Origin: Proteromonas lacertae
Lineage: Eukaryota
Assembly (NCBI GenBank): GCA_002245135.1
Contig: NGBS01000585.1
Coordinates: forward strand, 124,001-188,000
Length of the DNA stretch: 64,000 nucleotides
Reading direction: 5' to 3'
The notes under the pieces were generated by a model. That model had not been told where the DNA came from and searched no databases. It worked only from the letters and a program-made list of their open reading frames with translations. This document shows positions 38,601 through 51,790 of the stretch, in pieces. The stretch's first letter is position 1. Each line of letters starts with the position of its first letter. Both the position numbers and the translations under genes were made by a program.

Positions 38601-41600
38601 ACAATATGTAAATAATGTGACAAGTTACTATGGTTTGAAAATGAATGATATTATTACATTTACTAATTTGACATTAGGAATTGATGATTTTTATCCAATT
38701 CTATCAGCAGTGAATGATTCATTCGCTACTTCATATGATAAAAGAAAATGTGTAATTTCATTGGTTGGAGATAATACTGATAATATGATTCAAGCATTTG
38801 CTGAGTATTACACAACTGATGATTGGAGGTTTTTAATATTTGACTTTTCTATTACTTATTATTTGAATTCTGTTAATGGTAGTAATTATGACAATCATTT
38901 TATTGGTACTTCATATTATTCATTGAATTCTTTCACTGCTAATATTGTTATGAGAAATAATATTGATAATTATAAAGGTAATTCAATGTTGTTATTAAAT
39001 GAATATTCTGTTTCTGATTATAACTCAATGTTATTAGTTGCATTCGCAATGGATGGAATGACTGATGTTTCTGCAACTACAATTAAAACCAATCTCTATT
39101 ATGCATCTATAGAAGCTCCAACTGGAACTTTGCGTTTAGGATTGTCCAATTATTGTGTAGGTATTTGTACAATGTGTGAAATGCATGGTGCTATTGGTGC
39201 TGTTGAATTTCATACAAATCCAACTCCAATCATTCCAAGACCATTTTATTATATTGTATATTATATATTTGTTTATTTTATATCTAATAGAATCGTGATA
39301 AGAATTATTATACATCGGATAATTCATTGAATGGAGAGAGTAAAATGGTTGAATTAGACACGATTGGTATTCTATTATTGATGGATTATAATGAAAAAAA
39401 AACATTTATAAGATATGCATTAGCTCAAACAATTGCAGATATATCAAACTATCAAGCAAATATCAAAAATAAAGAAGTGGTAGTTGAATTAGATCGTTGT
39501 CCAACAACCAAAGATAGAGCTTCTGGCTTATTATTCGATTATCATAATCGTGGATTTAGAATTGTGGCTGGAGGATGTGATTCAACAACAAGAGATTTAA
39601 TGAGAAAAGCAATTGAAACATTAGATATGATTCTATTATATTGGGGATATAATACTGGTCATGATTGTTCAAAGAATATATTTTATTTAGCAACATCACC
39701 TTCACAAGAGATTATACCTACTACATTACATTATTTCCAAACAGTTAATAGAGATTCTATTGTTTTATACTCAACAGATCCAAAATATGAAATAAGAATT
39801 GGTATATTGAAATCTATGTTTAGTGATTTTGAATATAAGATTAAATATGAAGCAAATGTTGATTATACTGATTTTGAAAAGAATTTGTATTATCATTTAC
39901 TTCATTTCGATATTGCTTGTCCAGATGGTTGTCCAGTTTTAGTTTTATTAGATGGTGATAATGCTGAGACATTTTTAACAGTTTTTTATCAATACTTTAT
40001 TAAAAGATATTCAACAAGTGAAGAAATTTTAGAACATTTTCCAGTGTATATGTATGATAATTCACATACAACTTATTCATTAGGGAATATTACTAAAGGT
40101 GTAAATGTGTACAGTCCATATTTAAGAACTTACTCTGAAGAAGAGATATTATTCCATACCAATTATGAGACAATTGCAAATTATTCAATTCCTAATTATT
40201 TCGATGCTGTGGAATCTGAATCATTAATGTGGTTGTTGGATGTACTGAAAGATGCAACATCATTAGATACAGCTGATATTTTGAAACAAGCTTATATCAC
40301 AACTAAAAAGACAGCAATTGGAACAATTGTAATGGATATAAGTAATTCAATTTCTCAGAGTATTTTTTATGGAGTTGTTGATGAAAAAGGTGATGTTATT
40401 TATAAAGCAACAGTTAGTAATAATTGGGCAGGTGAACCTTGGAGAGATTCACTGAATAGATTTGTTGATAACAGTTGCGATTGGAAGAATGGTATTGGTG
40501 AAAAATATACAAGAAATGTGTTAAGATATGCTGTTGTTATTTCATCTATACCAGAATATAAATCAGAAGGTGTTGTATTCTATCAAGCATTATACGCTGC
40601 TGGTTCTAAGATCAATAAAGAAGGAGGCATTAACGGAATGATTTTAAATGCACTAGTTTTTTGTGATGGTAATGATAATAAGACTGCATATAGTCGTTTC
40701 ATTGACTTTTATAATAGAAATGTGACATTTTTCTATGGTGGTTGGACAAAAGAAGTAAGATATGGTTTAAATGAAGCAGCTATTGCTTCAAATTCAATGG
40801 TATTTAGTCCAGTAAATCTAGTAGGAGAAGAATGTTACACAAATTTGTATTTTACTAGTCTTACCTATCAGTCATTCTTCTTCTTTATTCCTTGGATATA
40901 TCAAATAACTAAAGGTAGTATGATATTATTATATAGTGATTCTGAGTTATCCAGAGGATTTGCTCAATCATTTATTAGAGAATTTGCTGTATATAAAGTG
41001 TCATTGCTGTTAGAGTATCAATTACCATTAGATAATGAAGATACTGATGGTATTGCTGAATTAATAAAAAGAGAATCACCTGATTATGCATTAGTATTGT
41101 CTTTCTTGGAAGGACCATCCAAGACTGCATTATTCAGATCATTCGAAAAGTACAATATGAGACCACCTACATATTATATTGTTGGTGTGTTTATAACTGA
41201 ACAAGATGTATTAGAAATTGGTAGTATAACGAATAATCATTATTATCTATCACCTTATGTTGAAACTGAAGAAACAAAACAATCACAAGAAGACATGATG
41301 AATCAAATCAAATCAATATTTAGTTATTATGAAGGTTCTACTCCTGAATTAGTTCATGGTTTTACAGCTTTAGAAATTGGTGCAAGTAATGCTATAAGAA
41401 TTGGCAGTACTGACCCAGCTAAATTAAGAGAAGCATTATATACATATGATGTTGAAACACCAATCGGAAAGGTCGTATTTAGTAGTAATAACATGATTAA
41501 TAATGTTGTATCATTTCAACAAGCAAAATGGGATAATAATGAATTTTCTAAAGTTTCTGTTTATGATTCAACTATACCAATTATTCCACAACAATATGGT

Positions 41601-44600
41601 TCAGTTTTATTTGATGATCCAATTATTCAGTGTGATATGAAGAATGACAAATTGATAGAACATAAAACAATAAAAATAGGAATATTAGTTAGTTTGACAG
41701 GAAGTTTAGAATCAACACACACTCCACTCTGTTTTGGTATTCAAACTGCTGTTCATGAATTATTTAGTATTGGAACAGTAAATGATCATTATGTACTTAT
41801 ACAATTTGGTGATTATGGATCTAATAATAATAAAATAAGAGAAACTATAGCTAAGTTGTATGATGTTGAAAAAGTAGGAGCAATAATTGGATGTACAGAT
41901 ATAGAATGTAAAAGAATAGCTCAAGAAGAAGCAAAAAATAGAAATAAGTTGTTCTATTATGTGTCATTGTCTGTAGGTCAAGAATGTGATTATAATACAT
42001 TTTATATTGGATCTGTTCCAAACCAATACATTTCTAGAGGATTTGAGTTTTTAATTACACAAAATTATCCAAAATTTGCATATTTGATAGCTGATAATGA
42101 TGAAGAGACAATGAAATTGGTTGATATAATAAAAGATGCATCAAGTGGTTTGTTTTCTTTAGAAGAACCATTTATTATATCAAATGAGAATTATTTATCA
42201 GTTGATATTATTAGTGATATATATGACAAATTAAAAAATGGTGGAATTATTCTAACAGCTGTAAAAATAAGTCAATTAAAGAAATTTTTAGAGTATTATT
42301 CGAATATGAAGGTAGACCATGAGAAATATGCTGTTTATGATATATTATGTAATGTTGATGAATTTGATTTACTTCAACCTTCTTTAAGAAGTAATGTTTA
42401 CATAAGTGGAAGGTATTTTTACGATATTGATAATGATTATAATAAAAACTTCATTAGAACTACAAAGCATTATGTTGCTTATGCTGAACCAACTGCTATT
42501 GCAGAAGCTGCTTATTTAGCAGTTCATTTCTGGGCAAGAGCAGCAAATGTTTCTGGAAGTTTTGAAACTGATGATGTAAGAAAAGCAAGTTATGGTTTAG
42601 AAATAGAATCAGGAAGTGGTAAAGTGACAATGACAGATGATAATCATATTACAGCTGCTTTTTTTGTAGCAAGATTTAGTGAAACTGGAGAAACATATTC
42701 CACAGTTTATTCAAAATTTGATGGAGAAACTGCTTTAGCCTTGGAGTTGGAATATTGAATCAACATTTGCTAAGAAATGTACATTCTCTGATGGACCAAG
42801 TGGTAATTTTACTGATGTGAATGTAAGACGTGTCTTGTTAGTTGCATCTTTAACTGGATCTTTGTCATCCAATTCAATTGGTTTGGTAGATGCTTATCAA
42901 ATTGCTATAAATGAAATTAATGTTGAAGGAGTTGCTGGTTATACATTAAAAGCTGATATTTTTGATTTACAGTCTGATATTGATGAATGTAAAAGTTATA
43001 TTAAAGATTATATTGAAAATGATAAGAAGAATCCTCTAGCTATATTCGTATCAGCTCCTGATGCTATGTTTGAATACTATTATTAAATTATGCTGATGAA
43101 ATAAACAGTGATATGATTGTGTTTAACTATTGAAACACAAGCTATAGGTTATTGTCATGATTCAGTATTTGTTGCAGTTGAACATAGTACATTATATGAA
43201 GAAGTAATCAGTTTGATTAGAAATAGATTCTATGATAAGATATTACTATTAGCTGAAAGTACAAATAATATTGCTGGGTTTGTTTATAAAGAATTTAATA
43301 CATACTTTTCTGATGTTATATGGAACAGTAACATGAAATGGACTGCTAGTGGTATTTCTACAGAATTAGACTTATTAAAATCATATATATCTCAAATAAA
43401 AAATGGTCAAGGTTGTATTTGTGTGTTTGCATCAGTAGAACAGTATAAGTTATTAGTTGATACGATGGAATTGCTAGGAATGGACTATAAATCAGACTAT
43501 CATATTATAGTGATGGATAAAGGTAATTTAATAAGAGATAGTGGATATAGAGATTTTGAAATAGTATCATCTTATATGCAAGAAGAAGGATCACCTGAGA
43601 ATGTTGCATTTAAAACAAAGATGTATGAAAGAATATCTACTAGTAATCATATTTCAGATATTGCATCAAGAACTTATACTTCAATTATATTATGGTCACA
43701 GGCAATAAACTCAGCTAATAGTTTATCTAAATTGAGAATAAAACAGCAATTGAGAAAAGAGCAATTGCAATCACCAGAAGGTTTGGTTTATTTTGGTTCT
43801 AATCAATATCTAGCTAGAATAATGAGAATTTATTATGTTAATGATGATGATACAACTACATTAGTTCATAACACAAAAACAGCTCATTTACCTGAAGCAT
43901 ATGAGATAAAAATTGACAATGTAAAGAAATGTGATTTTGATAATATAGATATAGGTGAAGAAGGAAATCTACAGCCATATGCAATAGCATTTGTTTATTC
44001 ATTTACAGGTGCAAGTAAGAGATGGGAGATTCCTTTATTTGAGACTGTTATGACAACTCTAAATTTGATCAATAATGGAGGTGGTATATTAGGTAATTAT
44101 TTGACTTCTGAAGCATTTAATGCAGAATCTTCAGTAGAAAAATATGTAGAAATAATGACCGAATTAGTAAAAGGCAATAAATTTACATATATATTTGGTG
44201 GAAGTGATGCTGAGACATTAAAAGCTATTGGTCCAATATTTGATAATACAGAAAAGATATTGTTCTATACTGGAAATGCTTATGGTGATAAAAGTTATTC
44301 AAATGTAATAGTTTTAACTCCATCATTAGCATCACTTGCAGATGCAGTGTCAAAGAGAGTTTTAGAATTGTCAAATAGTGCTTATATAGTAGCATCAGTT
44401 GATTCTTTTTCAAAGCAATTTGATAAACTGATTTTATCAAGAATGACAAATCTTTTGATTTCTCAAAATGGTCATTCTGATTATTATATAGATAATCCAA
44501 CAAAGACTGCTAATGAGATAAAATTAGCATTGAAAGGAAGTGGTTATATTGTTAATGCAATATATAATGTTAATGAGAATTACATATTTTATGATGCAAT

Positions 44601-47403
44601 CTGTAAAGCAGGAATAGTTGGACCTGATTATATTATAATAAATGTTTTCTTAAATCAAAATCTCTACAAAAGATTAGATCCGAAATGTATAGAGGGACAT
44701 ATATTTATTAATTCCTATTTTGAAGCATTAGGTTCATATGAAACAAATATGTTAGGAAGTGTCCCATATCTATCTCCATTATATAATGCTGATTTTGGTA
44801 TTAGAGTTGGTGATATTGATCCAACAGCTGCTACAGAAAGTGCAGCAATTGCCCAATTAATATGGAAAGGAATTGCAGTGAAAGTGAATTCATTGGAATA
44901 TAATAAAGTGAAAGAGATGTATCATTATTCAATTGATACACCATCATATTCTGTAGAAGTTGGAACAAATAATTATTTAAAAAGAAGAATATTTTCTGGT
45001 GCAATTCAAAATGGAAAATTGATTATTGACTGGGGACCTGACAATTATTTCACTTCCACAGTTTATAATAAATGGGATGGAAAGAATCTCAAACAAGTTG
45101 ATGATTGGTCTGATAAAAATAAAGGAGAAAACTATGAACAACCCACTATAATACTTGCATTTTTGCATGAAAAAGATATAGGTGGAAAAACTGAACAAAT
45201 GTCAGCTTTAATCGAAGATTTAGCAGTGGAAGAAATAAATGATCAAGGTGGAATATTGAATTACCAATTGTTTGCTAGACATTATTGGGTGACAATAAAT
45301 GATGCATATAAAACAGTTAGAACAATTCAAGAAGAAGGAAATACAACAGCAATATTTGGTTGTTCAACATCAGAATGTAGAAATGAAGTAGAAAGATATC
45401 TTTCCATTTCTACCAAAGACATTCTATTTTTCTATTTAGGAAGAGATGATGGATATTTATGTTCAAAGAGAACTGTTACAGCTGGTGTATCAATTAATCA
45501 AAAAGTAGAACCATTAGTCAAATACTTAACAAATGTTGATTTGAAATATATTTATCTAATTGGACCAGCTAGAAATTCAACTTATATTCAATTTGAAGTG
45601 TTGAAAAAATCTTCAATAACTGAAGGTTATGAAATAGTTGGTGAAGCTGCTTTCAGTCCATTTAATACCGAATTTGTTAGTGCTTGTCTTGAAGATTTAA
45701 AATCAAAAGTTGAATTATACAAAAGAGTTGGTATTTTCAATCTATTCATAGCTAAAGAGAATGCATTATTCTTAGAAGAGTATGTAAAAGATACAAGTTT
45801 ACAAACTACAACATCATTATTCATATTTAATTATGATCCAGCTGACATATCTTCATCAATCAAACAATCAATAGATGGATCATTTATAATTGCTGGTTAT
45901 TCAGATGCAGTTAAAAATACAGCATCAGGAGCATTTAAATTTACATCAACAGCAGAATATCAAGATTCGATTGATTTATCTGAATCATTAGAAGTGGCAT
46001 ATAGTACAATCTATTTGTGGAAAGCAGCTGTTGAATATTCAACTGATTATAGTAGTGACGAGTGGCCTTCAACTGAATATGTTGGTTTATCAATCAAATA
46101 TATATCATATGATGCACCATCAGGAACTTTACAGATTAGAAATAACAACAGAGCTTATAGAACAATGTATTTATTTAGATTAAGTGATCAAGAAACAATG
46201 CAAATATATCCAAAACAAGGAGTTCAATATATGGTTGAAAGTGAATTGACTTATATATCCAGTAGTGATTGTGTATTTGGTAAGAATAAAGAATTATACG
46301 AATACAATCCTGCATTGCAGTATGTAACATATATATTATGTGGTATAAATGGTTTTCTTTCACTAGTTACATTGTTCTTCGTTTATATGTATAGAAATAC
46401 AAAGATTATTAAAAGTGCAAGTCCGTTGTTTTTATATTACACAGTTATCTCAATAATGTTAATTGCTGCAATTGGTATTGTATTTACATTAGCTCCAACT
46501 AAGAAATCAATATGTCTAGCTAGAATATGGTGTTTGGCAATATCAGTAGATTTCTTATTCAGTATTATGTTTTCTAAAGCATGGAGAATTCATAAATTGT
46601 TCAATAATAAAGAAATGAAAAGAGTTAAAGTATCAAATTTGATGTTATTGAGAATGATAGCTGTGATATTAGGAATACAAGTTGGTTATTTATTAGTATG
46701 GACGTTTGTTAAACCTTCAGAACCAACACAGACATTTTCAACAGGTTATTCAGATTATCTAAGTGATGTTTATTTACAGGAATGTACTGAGAATTATGTA
46801 TTTATAGTAATTCAATTAGTGGCTGTGTTTATATTATTTGGATGGGGTACTAAGTTAGCATGGGGTGTGAGAAATGCATCAGCTGAGTTTAATGAATCAA
46901 TGACTCTAATGTCAACTATTGGTGTAATTATTGTAATGGGAATTATCATTGTTCCACTGAATTTCTTGATGGCTGGAGAACCAGATACATTGTTATTGAT
47001 AAGAAGTTTAGGTATTGAATTAGGTGTTTTTGCTGTTTTAATTCTACAGTTTGGATCAAAAATTATGTATTTGTATGTATTTGAAATAGGAGGAACATCT
47101 ACATTTAGTGGTTCATTAGGAAGTAGTAAACAGAGTAGTGGAAGTAAAGGTGGTGGAGCAAGTAAAGTAGCTAGAAGGAATGTAGCTCGTGGTAGATTTA
47201 CATTGAAACCACATATTTTAATAAGAGAACCAATTGAAATGGCAACTATTTCTTGTCCTGATATGTTTTATATACCACCTGAAGCATTTCCTGGAAGTAG
47301 TAGTAGTGTAAGAAGAGCTAATAGTACAAGTAAGCATAGTGTGAGTGTTAGGAAAATGTCAGATAGAGAAGGGTTAAAATCTGCTTATTCAGCTAGAGGA
47401 TAA
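35694..47403 (+). CDS. Giant class C-like GPCR: signal peptide + 9 tandem PBP1 (UrtA/AmiC-like) domains + GABA-B-like 7TM (paralog B); frame broken at about 42738 and 43072-43131
   Basis: Introns at about 36091-36121, 36585-36624, 37194-37240, 37419-37448 and 39256-39290. Domain starts about every 1.15 kb. The 7TM at about 46320-47070 has KIIKSASPLF, C.ARIW, FSKAWRIHKLF and VRN...FNES, followed by a Ser/Gly-rich tail. Confidence 0.88.
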
Positions 47404-47567
47404 GTGAAATTTAAAAATTAGTCTTATTTATATAATATATATATACACAATTTTTATATATCTTATTCATATCTTATTCTATTTCGTTGTTGTTTTTAAA
47501 AATGATGAAAACAAATATTTATAGGTAATTATCAAGTAAATTACTTAATTGTCTCTATATATTAAGC

Positions 47568-48258
47568 TTAAACAGTCTGATTCTTATTCTCTTCTTCTGC
47601 TAGCATAGTATAATCATCCTTTTCTTTATGTGAAATTAATGGGACTGTATTTGATACTGAGAATAAATCATTTTCAGTTAATGCTGATTGGAAGACAGGT
47701 CTAGGTGTGAATTTAGGATGATGAACAAAGAAATATGTTATAATAAAACCAACAAAAGCAATGCAGCCACACATTACAAAGGTCTATATCAATAAATAGT
47801 ATAAAATATACGAATTTACTTCCCATTTTATCATTTATTGATTTGAAGAATAAACCAGCTAAAGTTGCTCCAAATTTTCCTGTTGCTGCACTTATTCCAT
47901 TAAATGTACTTCGAACTTCACGAGGATATAATTCCGTTGATAATAAGAATGTAGTGGCATTTGGTCCAAAATTAGTGAAGAAGAATGACAATCCATATAA
48001 TATTAACATTATAGCTGTATATTTAGTGAATATATCCAAACAAAATCCAAGTAAACAGTAAATTATACACATCATCATAAAGCCCATTAATTGAATATTT
48101 CGACTTCCTATCTTATCCATTAGAAAGGCACTTAAGAAATAACCAGGTAATCCAATTGCAGCTACTAATAAATACTGTTCAGCAGTTGAAACTGGATTAT
48201 CAGCCTTTAATACTTTATCTAAAACAGTTGGTCCAAATAAGATATTAGCATATAACTA

Positions 48259-48289
<31 letters not shown>

Positions 48290-49242
48290 TACAGTTAAAT
48301 CTAACAAAAACCAACATCCAGCTGAAGCTACTAAATGAACCCAATATTTCTTTTGTTTCAAAGCATCAACAAAACTGATTTTCTATATAATAAATATAAT
48401 ATTAAATATATAATTATACACTATCACTTTCTTCTCTTGTTTTATCGACATTCTGTGGTTTCTTTGTCTCAATAACCCAGTAACATAATACAATAATAAC
48501 ACAGGCTGGAACTGCTCCCATTGTAAAAGATAATCTCCATACTAAATCATAATTCTTACCACAAATAGCAATAAACATCCAACAGATTAATGGACTTAAT
48601 AAATTAGCGACTCCTTGCATTGCAAATGCTGTGGCAGTACTTTCTATTGATTTAATAATAAAAAAATTAAAAAAAATACTTCCTCTATGTCCTTTACCTG
48701 CTGATTCTGCAGCTAGTGTTGCAGAAATTGGATAAACACCACCAGCACCACATCCTAGTAAGAATCTCCATATAGCTATTGTTGTATATAGTGACATTGA
48801 TCCAATTTTGTACGATGCTGCACTATATTATGTATGATATATAAAATGTAATACCTTCCAACTGCTCCAATGATTGTCATTATCATACTGACAACCATTC
48901 CTTTCTTTCTTCCAATTTTATCACCAACATAACCAAACGCTAATTGTCCAATAGCTGCTCCAATTAAGCACATAGTTGCCATTAGCGAATTTTCAGTAGC
49001 TGATATTGGCTATGAACATCAAATTTAGAATAAGCAAATACTTTTCCTTCATTTTCAGCTTTTAGAACAACTAATGCCATATTTATTACAAATAAATTGT
49101 AATCAGTTCCCATCATACTTAAACCTGATACAATTTGATTTATGTTTATATTGAAAGAGCAAAAGCTTTTCTTTGGTTCTGTCTCCTTTTTTATGTTTGG
49201 ATCTTCAATGGAGACATACTCTCCTTCAACAGATTCGCTCAT
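47568..49242 (-). CDS. MFS inorganic phosphate transporter (Pho84/PHT1-like)
   Basis: GQLAFGYVGDKIGRKK, WRFLLGCGAGGVYPISATLAAE, FAMQG, LVASAGCWFLLD, FFFTNFGPNATTF..E.YP..VRST..GISAATGK. Confidence 0.88.
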
Positions 49243-49359
49243 TTAATAAACACAAATAATAATAGTTCAAAAATTTTGGTACAGATTCAACCTTCCCATA
49301 CTATTTAAATACCTTATCTCTATTGATATATTCTGCTTTGTCTCATTCTAGTTATATAT

Positions 49360-49729
49360 TTAATATGTATCCACTATGATGTACTGCATCAGCTTATGCT
49401 GAAGTAAAAAAATAAAGAAATAACGATAATATTAATTGACTAACGTATGCTCCTACTAGACACATTGTTGCCATAAATGAAATGTCACTGTAAGATAAAT
49501 GCTATAATGTTATAAAAAGAGATACTTTATCAGATCTTATTGATGTTAATATGACTAACACTCTCTTGTGTCTCTCAGATAATTGACCATCTACAATTCT
49601 GAGAGTCGGTTCATCAGAAACATGTATTGTTTCCATATTTTTGTGCTTTTGGAATGAATCTTGAAAGAATCTCTGTACAAGCCTCGAGCCTTTTTGATTA
49701 CCCAACCATGTAAATAAAAATTTTCGCAT
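49360..49729 (-). CDS. Small spliced hypothetical protein (3' end uncertain)
   Basis: The ORF MRKFLFTWLGNQKGSRLVQRFF... continues in frame across two GT..AG introns (gtatctc..ttatag; gttaagt..cttcag) as HLSYSDISFMATMCLVGAY|HKLMQ. No recognisable family. Confidence 0.4.
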
Positions 49730-49827
49730 AATCGCTGCCCCAGATCATTACAAATTTAAACCAATTATATTTCTTTTAGATCAAAAAATCTAAGATTGTT
49801 GAGCTTTTTTTGAATCTTCGTTTATAA

Positions 49828-50633
<806 letters not shown>

Positions 50634-50751
50634 ACTATCCATCATCTGTTGTAATTTCCTTAATTATTATACATTATTATTTTTAACGTCAAATTTTATT
50701 CTCATATCCCCATTTAACAAAAGTATTAATTCATAGAACCAATCATAATAA

Positions 50752-51734
50752 TTAGATTATGAATGGAACAATCGATTTTCTGTGTAATTTCTTATAATCA
50801 TCTCCATAATTCTTTATATAGCCTCTATGTTTTTGTAAAGCCCATTGTAACATCTGTAAAAATCCACAAACTGTAAAAACATAACTCATTGCGACTTTAG
50901 TATAAATACTGAAAAATATCCATGAACATACTTCAGCAGTGTAATTTGGACATGATACAAGCATAAATAATGGCCCTGTTGGAATAGGATGTCTTTTATC
51001 CCCATCTTTCTTCTTCATTAATCTGAATTGTAAATGAACTGCTCCATTAATACATTCACATATTGCCCATCCAATTATACAAAGTTTACCACACAATTCA
51101 CAATTTAGTGGTTGGTATAATGGACTACATAATGGGAAACCAATAGCTAATGCAAATCCCCAATAATAAATTGAGTTTTTGAATATATTACGTATTGGCA
51201 TCGTACCTCTACTGAATGTATGAACGAAAAATGTTTCGAATAATCTCTTACCATAATGGATCAACCATAAATAAACTGCAACTCTTGCATTACTTGAATA
51301 GGCTTTATCTCTTTCCTCTGAACCATATATAAAAGATGGACGTAAGAAATAAATCAACATAATTAAGAATGGACCTAAATATTCAACAACAAACACTGTT
51401 CTATATCCAATTTGTGGACCAAGATCGGTAACAATAATTTCATTTGCATTATATTAAAGAATTATTGCTTTATATGCTAAATTAAAAAAAGATATCATCC
51501 TCTAAAACACCATACTCACTAAGACTTTTAGAATCATCATTTAAACGGATTGGATTCTTTGGATCTGATCTTACTATCTTAAGACCTTGTCTTTCTGGGC
51601 TTATCCTCACTACATCACAATCAAAAATAAAAAATACATAATTCTTTGATTTTTACTCTCAAATATTGCACTGCTACACTGTCTTCAATCTGGATTTCGA
51701 CATTGCGTCGCTTAGATACTAAGATGATTCTCAT
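50752..51734 (-). CDS. TECR: Very-long-chain enoyl-CoA reductase (TECR/Tsc13)
   Basis: N-terminal ubiquitin-like segment, DLGPQIGYRTVFVVEYLGP, HYGKRLFETFFVHTFS, NS.YYW, VSCPNYTAE, WALQKH. Confidence 0.92.
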
Positions 51735-51790
51735 TACGCAAGAAAATCAAAATTGCATAACAAGCCAAGTTTTTTCTTAGTTTTTTATTA

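Noticed and set aside
42738..43133. Euplotes-style programmed +1 frameshifting at stop codons
   Set aside because: Some breaks abut TGA/TAA, but homology to paralog A places the first shift about 18 nt upstream of the stop and no common slippery motif is shared. It is kept only as an alternative in the findings.
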